Assembly: GCA_028285625.1 (NCBI GenBank)
Contig: JANQOX010000026.1
Location: 17,825 to 81,824, forward strand
Origin: Myxococcota bacterium
Lineage (GTDB): Bacteria; Myxococcota_A; UBA9160; UBA6930
Length of the DNA: 64,000 nt
Direction of reading: 5' to 3'
In this document: piece after piece, positions 28,001 to 35,763 of the stretch
How the letters are laid out: each line of letters begins with the position of its first letter
How positions within the stretch are numbered: position 1 is the first letter of the stretch
Notes under the pieces: generated by a model
Databases searched by the model: none
What the model saw: the letters and a program-made list of their open reading frames with translations, nothing else
What the model was told of the DNA's origin: nothing
Translations under genes and position numbers: made by a program

Positions 28001-29725
28001 CTCGAGGCGGGCGAGTTCATCGAGCCGACCGACCGCACGGCGGGCATCGAGTTCGGCTTCGTCCACCCGTTGATCCAGGAAGTGACCTACGACGCGCTGC
28101 TCCAGGCCCGCCGGGTCACCCTGCATCAGCAGGTCGCGCGCGCCACCGAAGCGCGGCTGGACGAGGGCGTCCCCGGATACCACGCGATGCTCGCCTACCA
28201 CTTCAGCATGGGTCGCGACACGGCCCAGGCCGAGAAGTACCTGCTGCTCGCCGGCGACGAAGCCGCCCGCAACGCGGCATCCAGTGAAGCCCTGCGCTTC
28301 TTCCAGCAGGCGGCCGAACTGTTCCGCGAATTGCACGGCGAGGGCGGCGACCCGCGTGTGCGAGCAAGAATCGAGCGCAACCTGGGACTCGCCCTGTTCA
28401 ACCGCGGCCAGGAGCCCGACTCGGCCGTCCACTTCGACGAGGCGCTCACCCTGCTCGGGGTGCGCGTGCCGAAGAACGCACTCGCGCTGAACGGTCGCTT
28501 CCTGCGCGACGTGCTCGCCGTGGTGCCACCGCTGTTTCGCAACCGGACGCGGAAGCGCCCGCCGGCCAGCGACGACGACCGCGAGCTCATCGACATCAGC
28601 TTCTTCCGAGCGCTGTCCCAGAGCACCGCCGAACCCACGCGCTTCGTGTTCGACTCGATGTCCACGCTGCGACGGGTGGCGCGCTTCGACCCGCGGAGCA
28701 TTCCGGAGGCGGGAGGCAAGTATGCCGGCGCCGCCGCCATCTTCAGCTACTCCGGCCTCTCGTTCGCCGTGTCCCAGCGCTTCCTGGCGGCGGCGGGCCG
28801 CATGATCCAACGCGAGGATGCCGCGGACTACCTCTACTACCGCGTGATCCGGTTCGTCCACCACTTCCTGTCCGGCGACTGGGACGACGCCCATGAGATC
28901 CCCGAAGAGATCGTGCGGCGCAGCCAGCGCGACGGGCGGCTCTGGGAGGTCACGACCTACCTGGGGCTGCTCGGCGAGAAGCGGTTGCGGCAGGGCGACT
29001 TCGAGGGCGTGCACGGCTGCACCCAGTGGATCCAGGAGATCGCGGACACCTACGAATACGACGTCGCCCGCTACAACGCGCTGGGCATGCCGGTGATCCT
29101 GGCCCTCGAGCAGCGGCGACTCGACGACGCGGGCGAGGCCGCGCGCCGCTACCAGGAGGAGAGCCCCCAGGAGCTGCTGCACCTGCTGGCCCTCGGCTGG
29201 CGCGCTGAGGCCGCGGCGCTGCGCGGCGAGCTGGAGTCGGCCGAGTCGGCGCTCGGCCGGGCCGACCAGATCCTCGAGGCGGTGGGCCGGGCCATCCCCT
29301 TCCACCGCGGCAGCGTCGATCATGCGCGGCTGCTCTGCGACGTCTGCCGCATCGAGTCCGAGGGCGCCCGCATCGGCTTGCGAAGGCGGGCCCGCAAGAG
29401 CGCCCGCGCCGCGAGCCGAATCGCCCCCAAGATCGCCTACCGCATGCCCCAGGTGCTGCGCCTCGAGGGGCGCTTGGACTGGCTCGCCGGCCGCCGCCAG
29501 CGGGCCCTGCGCAGCTACGCCGGCAGCCTCGAAGCGGCGGATCGGATGGGGCTCGCGCCCGAGCGCGCACGCACCGCCCACGAGCTGTCGCTGCGCCTCT
29601 CCGAGGCCGGGGGCAAGGTCGCCGGGCTCGATGCCCAGGGCCTGCGCGACGATGCGCAGGAACGCTACGAAACCCTCGGTCTTGCGTGGGATCTCGACCA
29701 GTTGCAGGCCGGGAGAAACCCCTGA
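25061..29725 (+). CDS. tandem class III nucleotidyl cyclase / P-loop NTPase (STAND-like) protein with C-terminal helical-repeat region
   Basis: 1554 aa; GTG start lies 9 nt after the upstream stop. CHD1 is about 25112-25645 (LFADVLGFGEL, QGDKLLAVFG, GDAVNTAARI). Walker A1 is GEEGSGKS (25799-25822) and Walker B1 is LLLVVEDAH. CHD2 is about 26354-26890 (LFADLSGFTAM, LGDCVMALFG, GEHVDLADAI). Walker A2 is ADAGIGKS (27029-27052) and Walker B2 is MVIVMEDVHWAD. About 900 aa of helical/TPR-like sequence follows. Confidence 0.88.
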   Translation: MASPPSEPTPLPARHGRTVQAAVLFADVLGFGELVRELGTETAYLVLTRCLRLLDGIARKHGGSVDKYQGDKLLAVFGYPVPVEQASRAAVSAALEMRERVDAYNAEPDVPLPLGVHIGVNTGPMVGGDIHGPVVREFHVLGDAVNTAARINGKAAPGQVLVGPLTHEETRADFAHRAIAPLRLKGKEAPVPAFEVIAARDRATGAQLGFDTHVFAERVGRDAELEALSGALDALGSGRGGLTTIRGEEGSGKSRLLLEVARHPALEAVAVWQARAGPAMDPLPEAGLTETDPNQPLLLVVEDAHRLDTQGRASLARTLTHASSDAPRAVRVVLTLRDDEPGAAEIAALAAEVPEARRHEITLGPLADAEARALAHASAPGDDLDPETLALVLERGVGNPGRILMASFLAPSLRSERAHDAGRERSAEAERRRASVLFADLSGFTAMTERIGAERAYPVVAAALDLLDQVAREHGGTVDHYLGDCVMALFGVPVALEDAPRAALNAALDMRIRLAALNEHHGADQQLELHCGVATGLGIAGDVSGPMIREFAVMGEHVDLADAITHAAATGEIHADQETRLATESVFEFGPERPLPDDALATSFELLSTAPRLHRARIGAERRVFSDLVGRDEEMSALRSAVGRAAAGTGGVASLVADAGIGKSRLLAELRGTTEAEGVTWLEGRALSTGRNLSFHPIADLLRAAAGVDDDDGPPEARAKLDAAIVGIMGEEGEDLLPLLAGFMGLPMHPGEEEQLAAMQKRSAASGDPLEWVIRAGLTRLLREASLAQPMVIVMEDVHWADLSTIELLEPLLRLTADCPILFVNAARPGYPDTAERLRTFAQEQLADRHTAVRLEPLDDGAARALVRNLFRGGDVPHRTRAMIEEKAQGNPFYIEEVVRALLDAGALVLREGAFHATERLDAFEMPGTVQEAVMARVDRLPLAPRQVLQAASVVGGTFHQEVLEDLVDDPAGLESCLGELEAGEFIEPTDRTAGIEFGFVHPLIQEVTYDALLQARRVTLHQQVARATEARLDEGVPGYHAMLAYHFSMGRDTAQAEKYLLLAGDEAARNAASSEALRFFQQAAELFRELHGEGGDPRVRARIERNLGLALFNRGQEPDSAVHFDEALTLLGVRVPKNALALNGRFLRDVLAVVPPLFRNRTRKRPPASDDDRELIDISFFRALSQSTAEPTRFVFDSMSTLRRVARFDPRSIPEAGGKYAGAAAIFSYSGLSFAVSQRFLAAAGRMIQREDAADYLYYRVIRFVHHFLSGDWDDAHEIPEEIVRRSQRDGRLWEVTTYLGLLGEKRLRQGDFEGVHGCTQWIQEIADTYEYDVARYNALGMPVILALEQRRLDDAGEAARRYQEESPQELLHLLALGWRAEAAALRGELESAESALGRADQILEAVGRAIPFHRGSVDHARLLCDVCRIESEGARIGLRRRARKSARAASRIAPKIAYRMPQVLRLEGRLDWLAGRRQRALRSYAGSLEAADRMGLAPERARTAHELSLRLSEAGGKVAGLDAQGLRDDAQERYETLGLAWDLDQLQAGRNP

Positions 29726-29950
29726 ACCGGGCGACCTCGGGGGGCCCCATGCACGGCAGCGGCCCTCGATGGCGGTACGGGTGCCGCAGAGCGTCACTCT
29801 TTCTTCCACGCGGGGCACGAACCCGTTAGCATCGGTGTGCGTGGCCGTCCGGAGGCCTTCGTCCGCCGGCGCGTCGCCCATACCGGCCGCCCACACTGGA
29901 CGGACGGGCCGCTCGTAGCTGCAGCTCACGCGCTGCGCGGATGAACCCAG

Positions 29951-32900
29951 ATGCTCAAGCTCCCCCTCGGTCGTACCGCCTGGTTCGGTCCCGTCCTGCT
30001 CACCGCCTCGATCCTGCTTGCCGCGCCCGAGGCCGTCCGCGCAATGGGCTGCAACATCGAGCCCTTCCCCGACAAGCCGCAGCGCGCGCAGTCGAGCCTG
30101 GGCGAGGCCGGCAACGGCCTGGTCGACCGCCGCATGGCGGGGCCTGGCGACTGGGTGACGCTGATCGCCGACCTCGGCTGCAAGCCCACCACGCCGAAGT
30201 TCCGGACCACCGACACCTATCGGCTCGAAGTGCTCGCCCAGGGCGGAAGCTTCGTCGAGGTGCCCGTCGACCAGTCCACCGTGCAGCTGCACGAGTGCCC
30301 CACGGGCCAGTCCGAGAACTGTGGGCGCGCGCGCTTCCCGCTGCCGGACCCGGTGGCGGCCCTCGGCATCGAGGTCGCCGGACCGGCGCGCCTGGCCGTC
30401 GATCGCGGCACCACCCGCATCTACAGCGTGGGCCAGCTGGCGGCCCCCGGCACGCAGTGCGACGCCGACAATGCGCCCGCCGACGTGGAGACCGGCGGCT
30501 TCGTCTTCCTGCCGCCCATGAACGTGGTTCAAGAGGGTGCCAACGCCGGCTGGCGACTCGCACTCGACTGGCAGGGGGACATCTGGACGCCCCAGGACAT
30601 GACGGCGCTCGTGGACGACCCGGGTGCGCCCCAGGCGGTCCTCACCGAGAGCCAGTCGCTGAGCATCGACCTCATCCCGACGGACCTTCCGCCGGGTGTC
30701 CCCGCCGGAACCCCGCTCGACTTCGTCGAGATCACCAACGATCGCGGTCAGGTGATTCCGCCCCTCGAAGAGGTCGTCGTGATCGACCCCAGCGCTCCGC
30801 GCAAGGCAATCCTCGGGTCGACCGACGTGCTGCGCTCGGTGCTCGAGCTTCGCCAGCAGGTGACGGTCGAGGACGCCAGCGGCACCTCGATCTCCGTGGA
30901 CTATCCCGTGCCGTTCGCGGCGCTGCGCGTGGGGGCGGGGCCCATCATCGCCCCGGATGCGGTCTCGATCACCAAGATCGGGACGACCGATCTCACCGCA
31001 TTCCGCACCAACGACGGCAACTACGTGGCCGGCGTCGAAGAGACCCCGGCGTTCAACAATGGCGATGGCGACCTCACCGATGCCCTGGCGCAGTACCAGA
31101 GCCTCGAAGTGGGCGCGACGACGCTGGCCACCGGACAGGCCCTGGCGCAGATCTCCGGCTCGCCCCGAACCCCCGCCATCGCGGTGGAGCAGACGCCCGA
31201 CAGCGACATCTTCGCGTTCGTCCAGGGCGGCGTCGCTTCTCGCGAGCAGCTCACGCCGGCGGGCAGCCTCGTCCGCGATGCCGTGCGCGTCTACGACGGC
31301 GCGACCGAACTCACGCCGAACCCACCGCTCTTCTCGATCGTCCCCGAACGGCAGGTGGAGGGCGGCCTGCTGTCCATCGCGGGCGGGACCGTGTTCTCGA
31401 TCGTGAGCGAGCCCGACCTGCTGCCGGACGAACTCGGCCGTGTCACCGACGACACGGCGGCATCGGGCGCGCCGCGCGTCGACGCTGCCGGGGAGCGCGT
31501 GGCGCACGAGAGCCAGTCGGCCGGCGGAGTGCGTCAGATCGTGTTGTCCGACCGCGAGGGCCTGGTTCCGGCCGAGGCCATGAGCCCGGTCGGTGGACCG
31601 CCCGGCGCCTTCGACGCCAAGAACCCTGCGCTGGCCGCGGCGAGCGGCGATACGGTGGCCTTCCAGTCGCGCTCGACCTACGGCCTGCCCATCGGCGGTG
31701 GTAGCGGCGGCGGGGGCACCGTGGTCGTCGAGCAGGGCGTGAACTTCCGCGGTCGCATCAACGCAGACCCGCCCTTCTTCTTTCCCGACGCCTCACTGCT
31801 CTTCGACCTGCTTCCCGGCGAGGACACGCCCGGCCTGGGCGACTGGTCGGGCTGCACGCCCGAGCTGATCGGGCCGTTTCCCACCGGCATCGAGCTGATC
31901 TTCCTCGACGACCCGGGCCTGCAGCAGCAGGGCACCTTCATGGCCTACCTGAGCGCGCCCTACCCGGGCGTGTTCGTGGACGACTGCCACTTCGAGATCC
32001 AGGTGGTCGGCATCTACCAGGCGACCGAGACGCCGCCGGTTCCCGGCACCGTGCTCTCCCTGGCCGGCGACGTCGTGTTCCAGGACCTCGACCCCGCCCT
32101 GCCCGGCACGGTCACGAACCCGCGCTTCGAGAGCACGCTGATCGTCGGCGACCCGGTTCCGGCCGGCCATGAACTCTCGGGCTTCTTCGCACTGCTCGCC
32201 GAGCAGGCGGGCCCGGCCGTGGCCGAGCAGGTGTTCCTCGCCGTCTCGGGCACGCCCGGCGTTTCACTGCTCTCGGCCAATGCAGCCGGTGACCCGGGCG
32301 ATGGCGACTCGGGCAACGCCGAGCTCTCGTCGGATGGCGGCTTCGCCGCATACGACACGGCCAGCACCAACCTGGTCGCCTCGGCGGCCGCACGGTCGGT
32401 CGTGGTCGTACCGCTCGACCCCGACGGCAACGGCGTCCCGGCCGAGCCCGGCACCCTGGCCCCGATCCTCGCGAGCGTCGATGCGGCGGGGGCGCCCCTC
32501 GGTGGCACCAGCTCACGGCCGCGACTCTCGCGAGACGGCCTTTCGCTGGTGTTCCTCACCGACGCGCCTGTGGATGCGAGCGACACGAACGCCTCCACCG
32601 ACGCGGTCTTCGTCGACCTCGACCCCGACGGCAACGGCAGCATCGAGCCCGGCTCGTTCGTCGGCGTGCGCGTCAGCACCGACGCCCTTGGCCAGAACGT
32701 GGCCGGGACCGTCTTCGACGCCGACCTCGGTGGCGATGGCACGCTGGTGGCCTTCTCGGGCGACGGGGCCTACGTGCCGGACGACGGCAACGGGGCCTCG
32801 GACGTCTACCTGCTCGATCTGGCGGACGGAACGCTCGAGCGCATCAGCGTGGATCTCGGGCTCGCCGAGACGAACGGCGCCTCGGACCAGGCGTCGGTCT

Positions 32901-34996
32901 CGGACGATCAGCAGGCGGTGGTCTTCCGCAGCGACGGCGCCCTGCTACCGGGCGCGACGGGCACGAACGTCTACCGCTTCCTGGTCAAGAAGGGTGGCCT
33001 CGAACTCGTGAGCCTCGGCGCCACCGCAGCCGGCCGGCCCGATGCCAATGCCGACGGCAACGTCGTCGTGTTCGACTCGGCGGACCCGCTGGTGCCCGGC
33101 GACGCGGGCGCGCCCGAGGACGTCTTCGCCCTCACCAAGGTGGACGACGGCACGATCACGAGCCTGAACGACTTCCCGGGCGAGGGACTCCCCGACGACG
33201 ACCTCGGCGACCCGCTGCTCGAGGCGTTCGACACGACGTCGGCGGCCGCGCTCGCCGGCTCGCGCATCGCGGCCAACTCGGCGCAGACCGCACCGGGCGT
33301 GGCTCCCGTGCGAGGGCTCGCGCTCGTCTCGGTGCCCGAGGACCTTCAGGGCGGACTCGACCTGAACGATGCGACCCGCACGCGGCTCCCCGAGTCGGCG
33401 ACGAGCCCCGAGGCCGACGCCGACGACGACGTGCTCTTCCTCTACCGGGCCCGCGACGCGGTGGGCATTGCCGACGCCAAGGAGAACCTGGGTGTCGCCG
33501 TGGCCGGCGAGCAGTACGACCTCTCGTCCCGCGTCGCGTGCTTCGCAATCGACGAGGCGGATCAGAGCACCGAACTGAACGGCAACGCCAGCGACGAGGC
33601 CGTGCTCGGCTGGATCACCACCGACGGCGCCTTCGGCACCGAGATCGTCCACAACGCGGGCTTCGCCGTGCAGGACGTGGCGGCGGTGGACCTCGCGAGC
33701 GGGCCGGCCTGCCTGGCGCTGGTGGACGAGGCGCGCCAGCCGGCGTCGAACCCGGCGCTGCCGTGCATCGGCGGGGGTAGCTTCTGCGACCTCGACGGCG
33801 ACGGTACGGCGACCACCGTGCCCGTGGTCCTCGATACCACGAGCGGCGCCATCGCCAACGTGGGTCTCCCCGCCACCGGCTTCGAGCTGGGGCCCGAGGG
33901 CCATGCCCTCTTCCTGGTGCCCGAGGCCGTGCACGGCGTCGACGCCAACGGCAACGGCGTGCTCGGGCAGACCGTGCCGTGGTTCCTCGACCTCGATACC
34001 GCGCTGGCCGGACCCGCCGGTCCGGGCCCGGGCGTGAGCGACCTGGCCGTTCCGCTCGGCCCTGCCTGGGCCGAGTGCAGCGAGCCCGCGTGCGAAGCGT
34101 TCGGCCTGGCGAAGGTCGGGGCCCTGGTGATCTCCTACGCCGGGCGCGAGTCGGACAACCGCTTCGGACCGTTCTGCCGCGCGCTCTCGGGCATCTGCGA
34201 CGCCAATGCCGACGGGCGCGAGACCAAGGTGATCTGGACCGCCTCGATCGACGACGGCGTCGTCTCGCGCGTGGTCGCCCAGCGCTTCGACGCCAACCAG
34301 TCGGCGCCGATCCACCCGGTGCAGGTGGCGGGCCGCACGGTCTTCCACCGCGAACTCACCGAGTGCGCAGCGGCCGAGCTTCGGTGCCAGGCCGAGACGG
34401 GCTTCGCGACGCCCGAACCCAGCCCCGAAGCGATCGTCATCGAACCGGGTTCGTGCGAATCGGCAGTCGACGTCGTGCCACCGTTCGGCGAGCTCGGCTG
34501 CATCGAGCCCTTGCTGTTCCTGGACTCGGACCTCGACGGAGACGGCGTGAAGGCCCTGGTCGACAACTCGCCGTTCTCGAACACGGCGCAGCGCGACGGG
34601 GACAACGACGGCTACGGCGACGGCTTCGACCTGGAGCCGGGCAGCCTGGCGCCGGTCTTCCTGTTCGACGGCGACTTCGACGGCGATGGCGACGTCGACC
34701 AGGACGACCTCGATGCGGTGCAGGCCGAGCGGGGGCGTACCGCCCGCGACCTGGGCTTCGGTGGGCTGGCCGTGGCCGGCTTCGACGCCTTCGACCTCAA
34801 CCTGAACGGCGTCATCGACATCGGAGACGTCCTGGCCGTGATCAACCGCTGCACCCTGCCGGGCTGCGAGGTGATCGACCCGGCCCCGCCCGCGGCCCCT
34901 GCGGGAGGCTCGGGCGCTCGCTGTGGCCTGCTGGGCCTCGAGCCCCTGGTGCTTCTCGCACCCTGGCTCGCCCGCCGCTGGCGGCGCCGGGACTAG
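29951..34996 (+). CDS. giant secreted surface protein: PD40-like beta-propeller repeats, TSP type-3 repeat, dockerin-like EF-hand pair, Cys-TM-Arg C-terminal tail
   Basis: 1681 aa. Signal peptide MLKLPLGRTAWFGPVLLTASILLAAPEAVRA. Repeats of the form S.DG..VAF.S.A..LV.GD.N...DV(F/Y) lie at about 32330-33130. TSP3-like DSDLDGDGVKALVDNSPFSNTAQRDGDNDGYGDGFD is at 34523-34630. Dockerin-like DFDGDGDVDQDDLDAV and DLNLNGVIDIGDVLAVINR lie at about 34665-34850. The tail is CGLLGLEPLVLLAPWLARRWRRRD. Confidence 0.85.
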   Translation: MLKLPLGRTAWFGPVLLTASILLAAPEAVRAMGCNIEPFPDKPQRAQSSLGEAGNGLVDRRMAGPGDWVTLIADLGCKPTTPKFRTTDTYRLEVLAQGGSFVEVPVDQSTVQLHECPTGQSENCGRARFPLPDPVAALGIEVAGPARLAVDRGTTRIYSVGQLAAPGTQCDADNAPADVETGGFVFLPPMNVVQEGANAGWRLALDWQGDIWTPQDMTALVDDPGAPQAVLTESQSLSIDLIPTDLPPGVPAGTPLDFVEITNDRGQVIPPLEEVVVIDPSAPRKAILGSTDVLRSVLELRQQVTVEDASGTSISVDYPVPFAALRVGAGPIIAPDAVSITKIGTTDLTAFRTNDGNYVAGVEETPAFNNGDGDLTDALAQYQSLEVGATTLATGQALAQISGSPRTPAIAVEQTPDSDIFAFVQGGVASREQLTPAGSLVRDAVRVYDGATELTPNPPLFSIVPERQVEGGLLSIAGGTVFSIVSEPDLLPDELGRVTDDTAASGAPRVDAAGERVAHESQSAGGVRQIVLSDREGLVPAEAMSPVGGPPGAFDAKNPALAAASGDTVAFQSRSTYGLPIGGGSGGGGTVVVEQGVNFRGRINADPPFFFPDASLLFDLLPGEDTPGLGDWSGCTPELIGPFPTGIELIFLDDPGLQQQGTFMAYLSAPYPGVFVDDCHFEIQVVGIYQATETPPVPGTVLSLAGDVVFQDLDPALPGTVTNPRFESTLIVGDPVPAGHELSGFFALLAEQAGPAVAEQVFLAVSGTPGVSLLSANAAGDPGDGDSGNAELSSDGGFAAYDTASTNLVASAAARSVVVVPLDPDGNGVPAEPGTLAPILASVDAAGAPLGGTSSRPRLSRDGLSLVFLTDAPVDASDTNASTDAVFVDLDPDGNGSIEPGSFVGVRVSTDALGQNVAGTVFDADLGGDGTLVAFSGDGAYVPDDGNGASDVYLLDLADGTLERISVDLGLAETNGASDQASVSDDQQAVVFRSDGALLPGATGTNVYRFLVKKGGLELVSLGATAAGRPDANADGNVVVFDSADPLVPGDAGAPEDVFALTKVDDGTITSLNDFPGEGLPDDDLGDPLLEAFDTTSAAALAGSRIAANSAQTAPGVAPVRGLALVSVPEDLQGGLDLNDATRTRLPESATSPEADADDDVLFLYRARDAVGIADAKENLGVAVAGEQYDLSSRVACFAIDEADQSTELNGNASDEAVLGWITTDGAFGTEIVHNAGFAVQDVAAVDLASGPACLALVDEARQPASNPALPCIGGGSFCDLDGDGTATTVPVVLDTTSGAIANVGLPATGFELGPEGHALFLVPEAVHGVDANGNGVLGQTVPWFLDLDTALAGPAGPGPGVSDLAVPLGPAWAECSEPACEAFGLAKVGALVISYAGRESDNRFGPFCRALSGICDANADGRETKVIWTASIDDGVVSRVVAQRFDANQSAPIHPVQVAGRTVFHRELTECAAAELRCQAETGFATPEPSPEAIVIEPGSCESAVDVVPPFGELGCIEPLLFLDSDLDGDGVKALVDNSPFSNTAQRDGDNDGYGDGFDLEPGSLAPVFLFDGDFDGDGDVDQDDLDAVQAERGRTARDLGFGGLAVAGFDAFDLNLNGVIDIGDVLAVINRCTLPGCEVIDPAPPAAPAGGSGARCGLLGLEPLVLLAPWLARRWRRRD
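34922..34996 (+). other. C-terminal sorting-signal-like tail (Cys, hydrophobic helix, Arg cluster)
   Basis: CGLLGLEPLVLLAPWLARRWRRRD then stop. It is near-identical over its first 10 residues to the tail at 62254..62355. Confidence 0.7.
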
Positions 34997-35016
34997 CCCC
35001 AGGGGAACTCCTGCTG

Positions 35017-35054
35017 CAGCGGCCGGGACCTTTGTCCCGGCCGCTGGGCGTTTT
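35017..35054 (+). terminator. Rho-independent terminator
   Basis: Perfect 12-bp stem: CAGCGGCCGGGA (35017-35028) pairs with TCCCGGCCGCTG (35035-35046). The loop is CCTTTG. GGCGTTTTCC follows, with the T-run at 35051-35054. It lies 21 nt after the stop of the 5-kb gene. Confidence 0.85.
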
Positions 35055-35092
35055 CCTGTCACCTGCGCCCCCGGGATGGCCACTTACTGGCC

Positions 35093-35731
35093 ATGGCACC
35101 CCTCCGCGCAGTGTCCGTTCGCGCTTTCCTGTGGGCCCTTCTGGTCGCGCTGCCGCTGCTGGCGGTCGGCCCGGCAGGGGCCGTCTCGATCGAGCTCGTC
35201 GCTCAGGGCGCCAACCCGAACAACCTGAAGCCGGGCGACGTGCTGCTCGTGGATGTCCGTGTGAGCGGCCTCGGGAGCTTCACGGCCCCCACCGTCGGCG
35301 CCTTCGACCTCACCGCGACCTTCGGTGATCCGATTCTCACCGTCGACTCGCTCACCTACGGTACGGGGCTCTCGGCTCCGGGCTTCCCGAGCCAGCCGCT
35401 CCCGCCGGTGCTGGGTACGGGCCTGGCTCAGGGCGCCGAGCTGGTGGCCGCCGACCCCGGCGCCTGCGGCGCAGTCGAGTCCGTGCAGGCCGACTCCTTC
35501 TCGCTGTTCACGCTGTCGTTCACCGCGGGCGCCGTGGGCAGCACCGAGGTGGCACTGATCGACGCGCCACCCACGAATGGCCTCTTCCTGTTCGATTGCT
35601 CGTTCACACCGATCCCCCTCGAGGTCGAACCGGCGAGCCTGTCGGTGGTCGTCCGCGAGGTGGCCGAGCCGGCCTCGCTGCTCGGCGCCCTGGCCCTGCT
35701 CTTCGTGCGCCGGCGGCGCGCGAACCCCTAG
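35093..35731 (+). CDS. cohesin-like domain protein with PEP-CTERM-type tail
   Basis: 212 aa. Signal peptide MAPLRAVSVRAFLWALLVALPLLAVGPAGA. VSIELVAQGANPNNLKPGDVLLVDVRVSGLGSFTAPTVGAFDLTATFGDPILTV resembles the first strands of cohesin-type beta-sandwiches. The tail is VAEPASLLGALALLFVRRRRANP. Confidence 0.6.
   Translation: MAPLRAVSVRAFLWALLVALPLLAVGPAGAVSIELVAQGANPNNLKPGDVLLVDVRVSGLGSFTAPTVGAFDLTATFGDPILTVDSLTYGTGLSAPGFPSQPLPPVLGTGLAQGAELVAADPGACGAVESVQADSFSLFTLSFTAGAVGSTEVALIDAPPTNGLFLFDCSFTPIPLEVEPASLSVVVREVAEPASLLGALALLFVRRRRANP
35660..35731 (+). other. PEP-CTERM-type sorting tail (AEP variant)
   Basis: VAEPASLLGALALLFVRRRR. Confidence 0.7.
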
Positions 35732-35763
35732 CCAGTAGCGCGCACGCGAACCAAACTCCCGCC

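Noticed and set aside
25061-29725. Cyclase/STAND protein as a cyclic-nucleotide anti-phage system (CBASS, Pycsar or Avs-like).
   Set aside because: The cyclase domains are class III CHD type, not CD-NTase. No effector gene or nuclease/TIR/pore domain is present. The architecture is closer to signal-transducing cyclase-ATPase proteins. I kept it as a finding only for its doubled architecture.
29770-29784. Sigma-54-like element TGGCGGTACGGGTGC upstream of the giant gene.
   Set aside because: The GG/GC spacing is correct, but only the minimal bases match. By rough estimate, a match of this quality would occur many times by chance in 64 kb of GC-rich DNA. No enhancer-binding protein gene is nearby.
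22916-31507. Very long minus-strand ORFs 22916..27457 (1513 aa) and 27572..31507 (1311 aa).
   Set aside because: They lie antisense to genes with unambiguous motifs (cyclase/P-loop protein, membrane protein, giant secreted protein). Their translations are Arg/Gly/His/Pro-rich with no recognisable motif. This is the typical stop-codon-poor antisense frame of GC-rich DNA.
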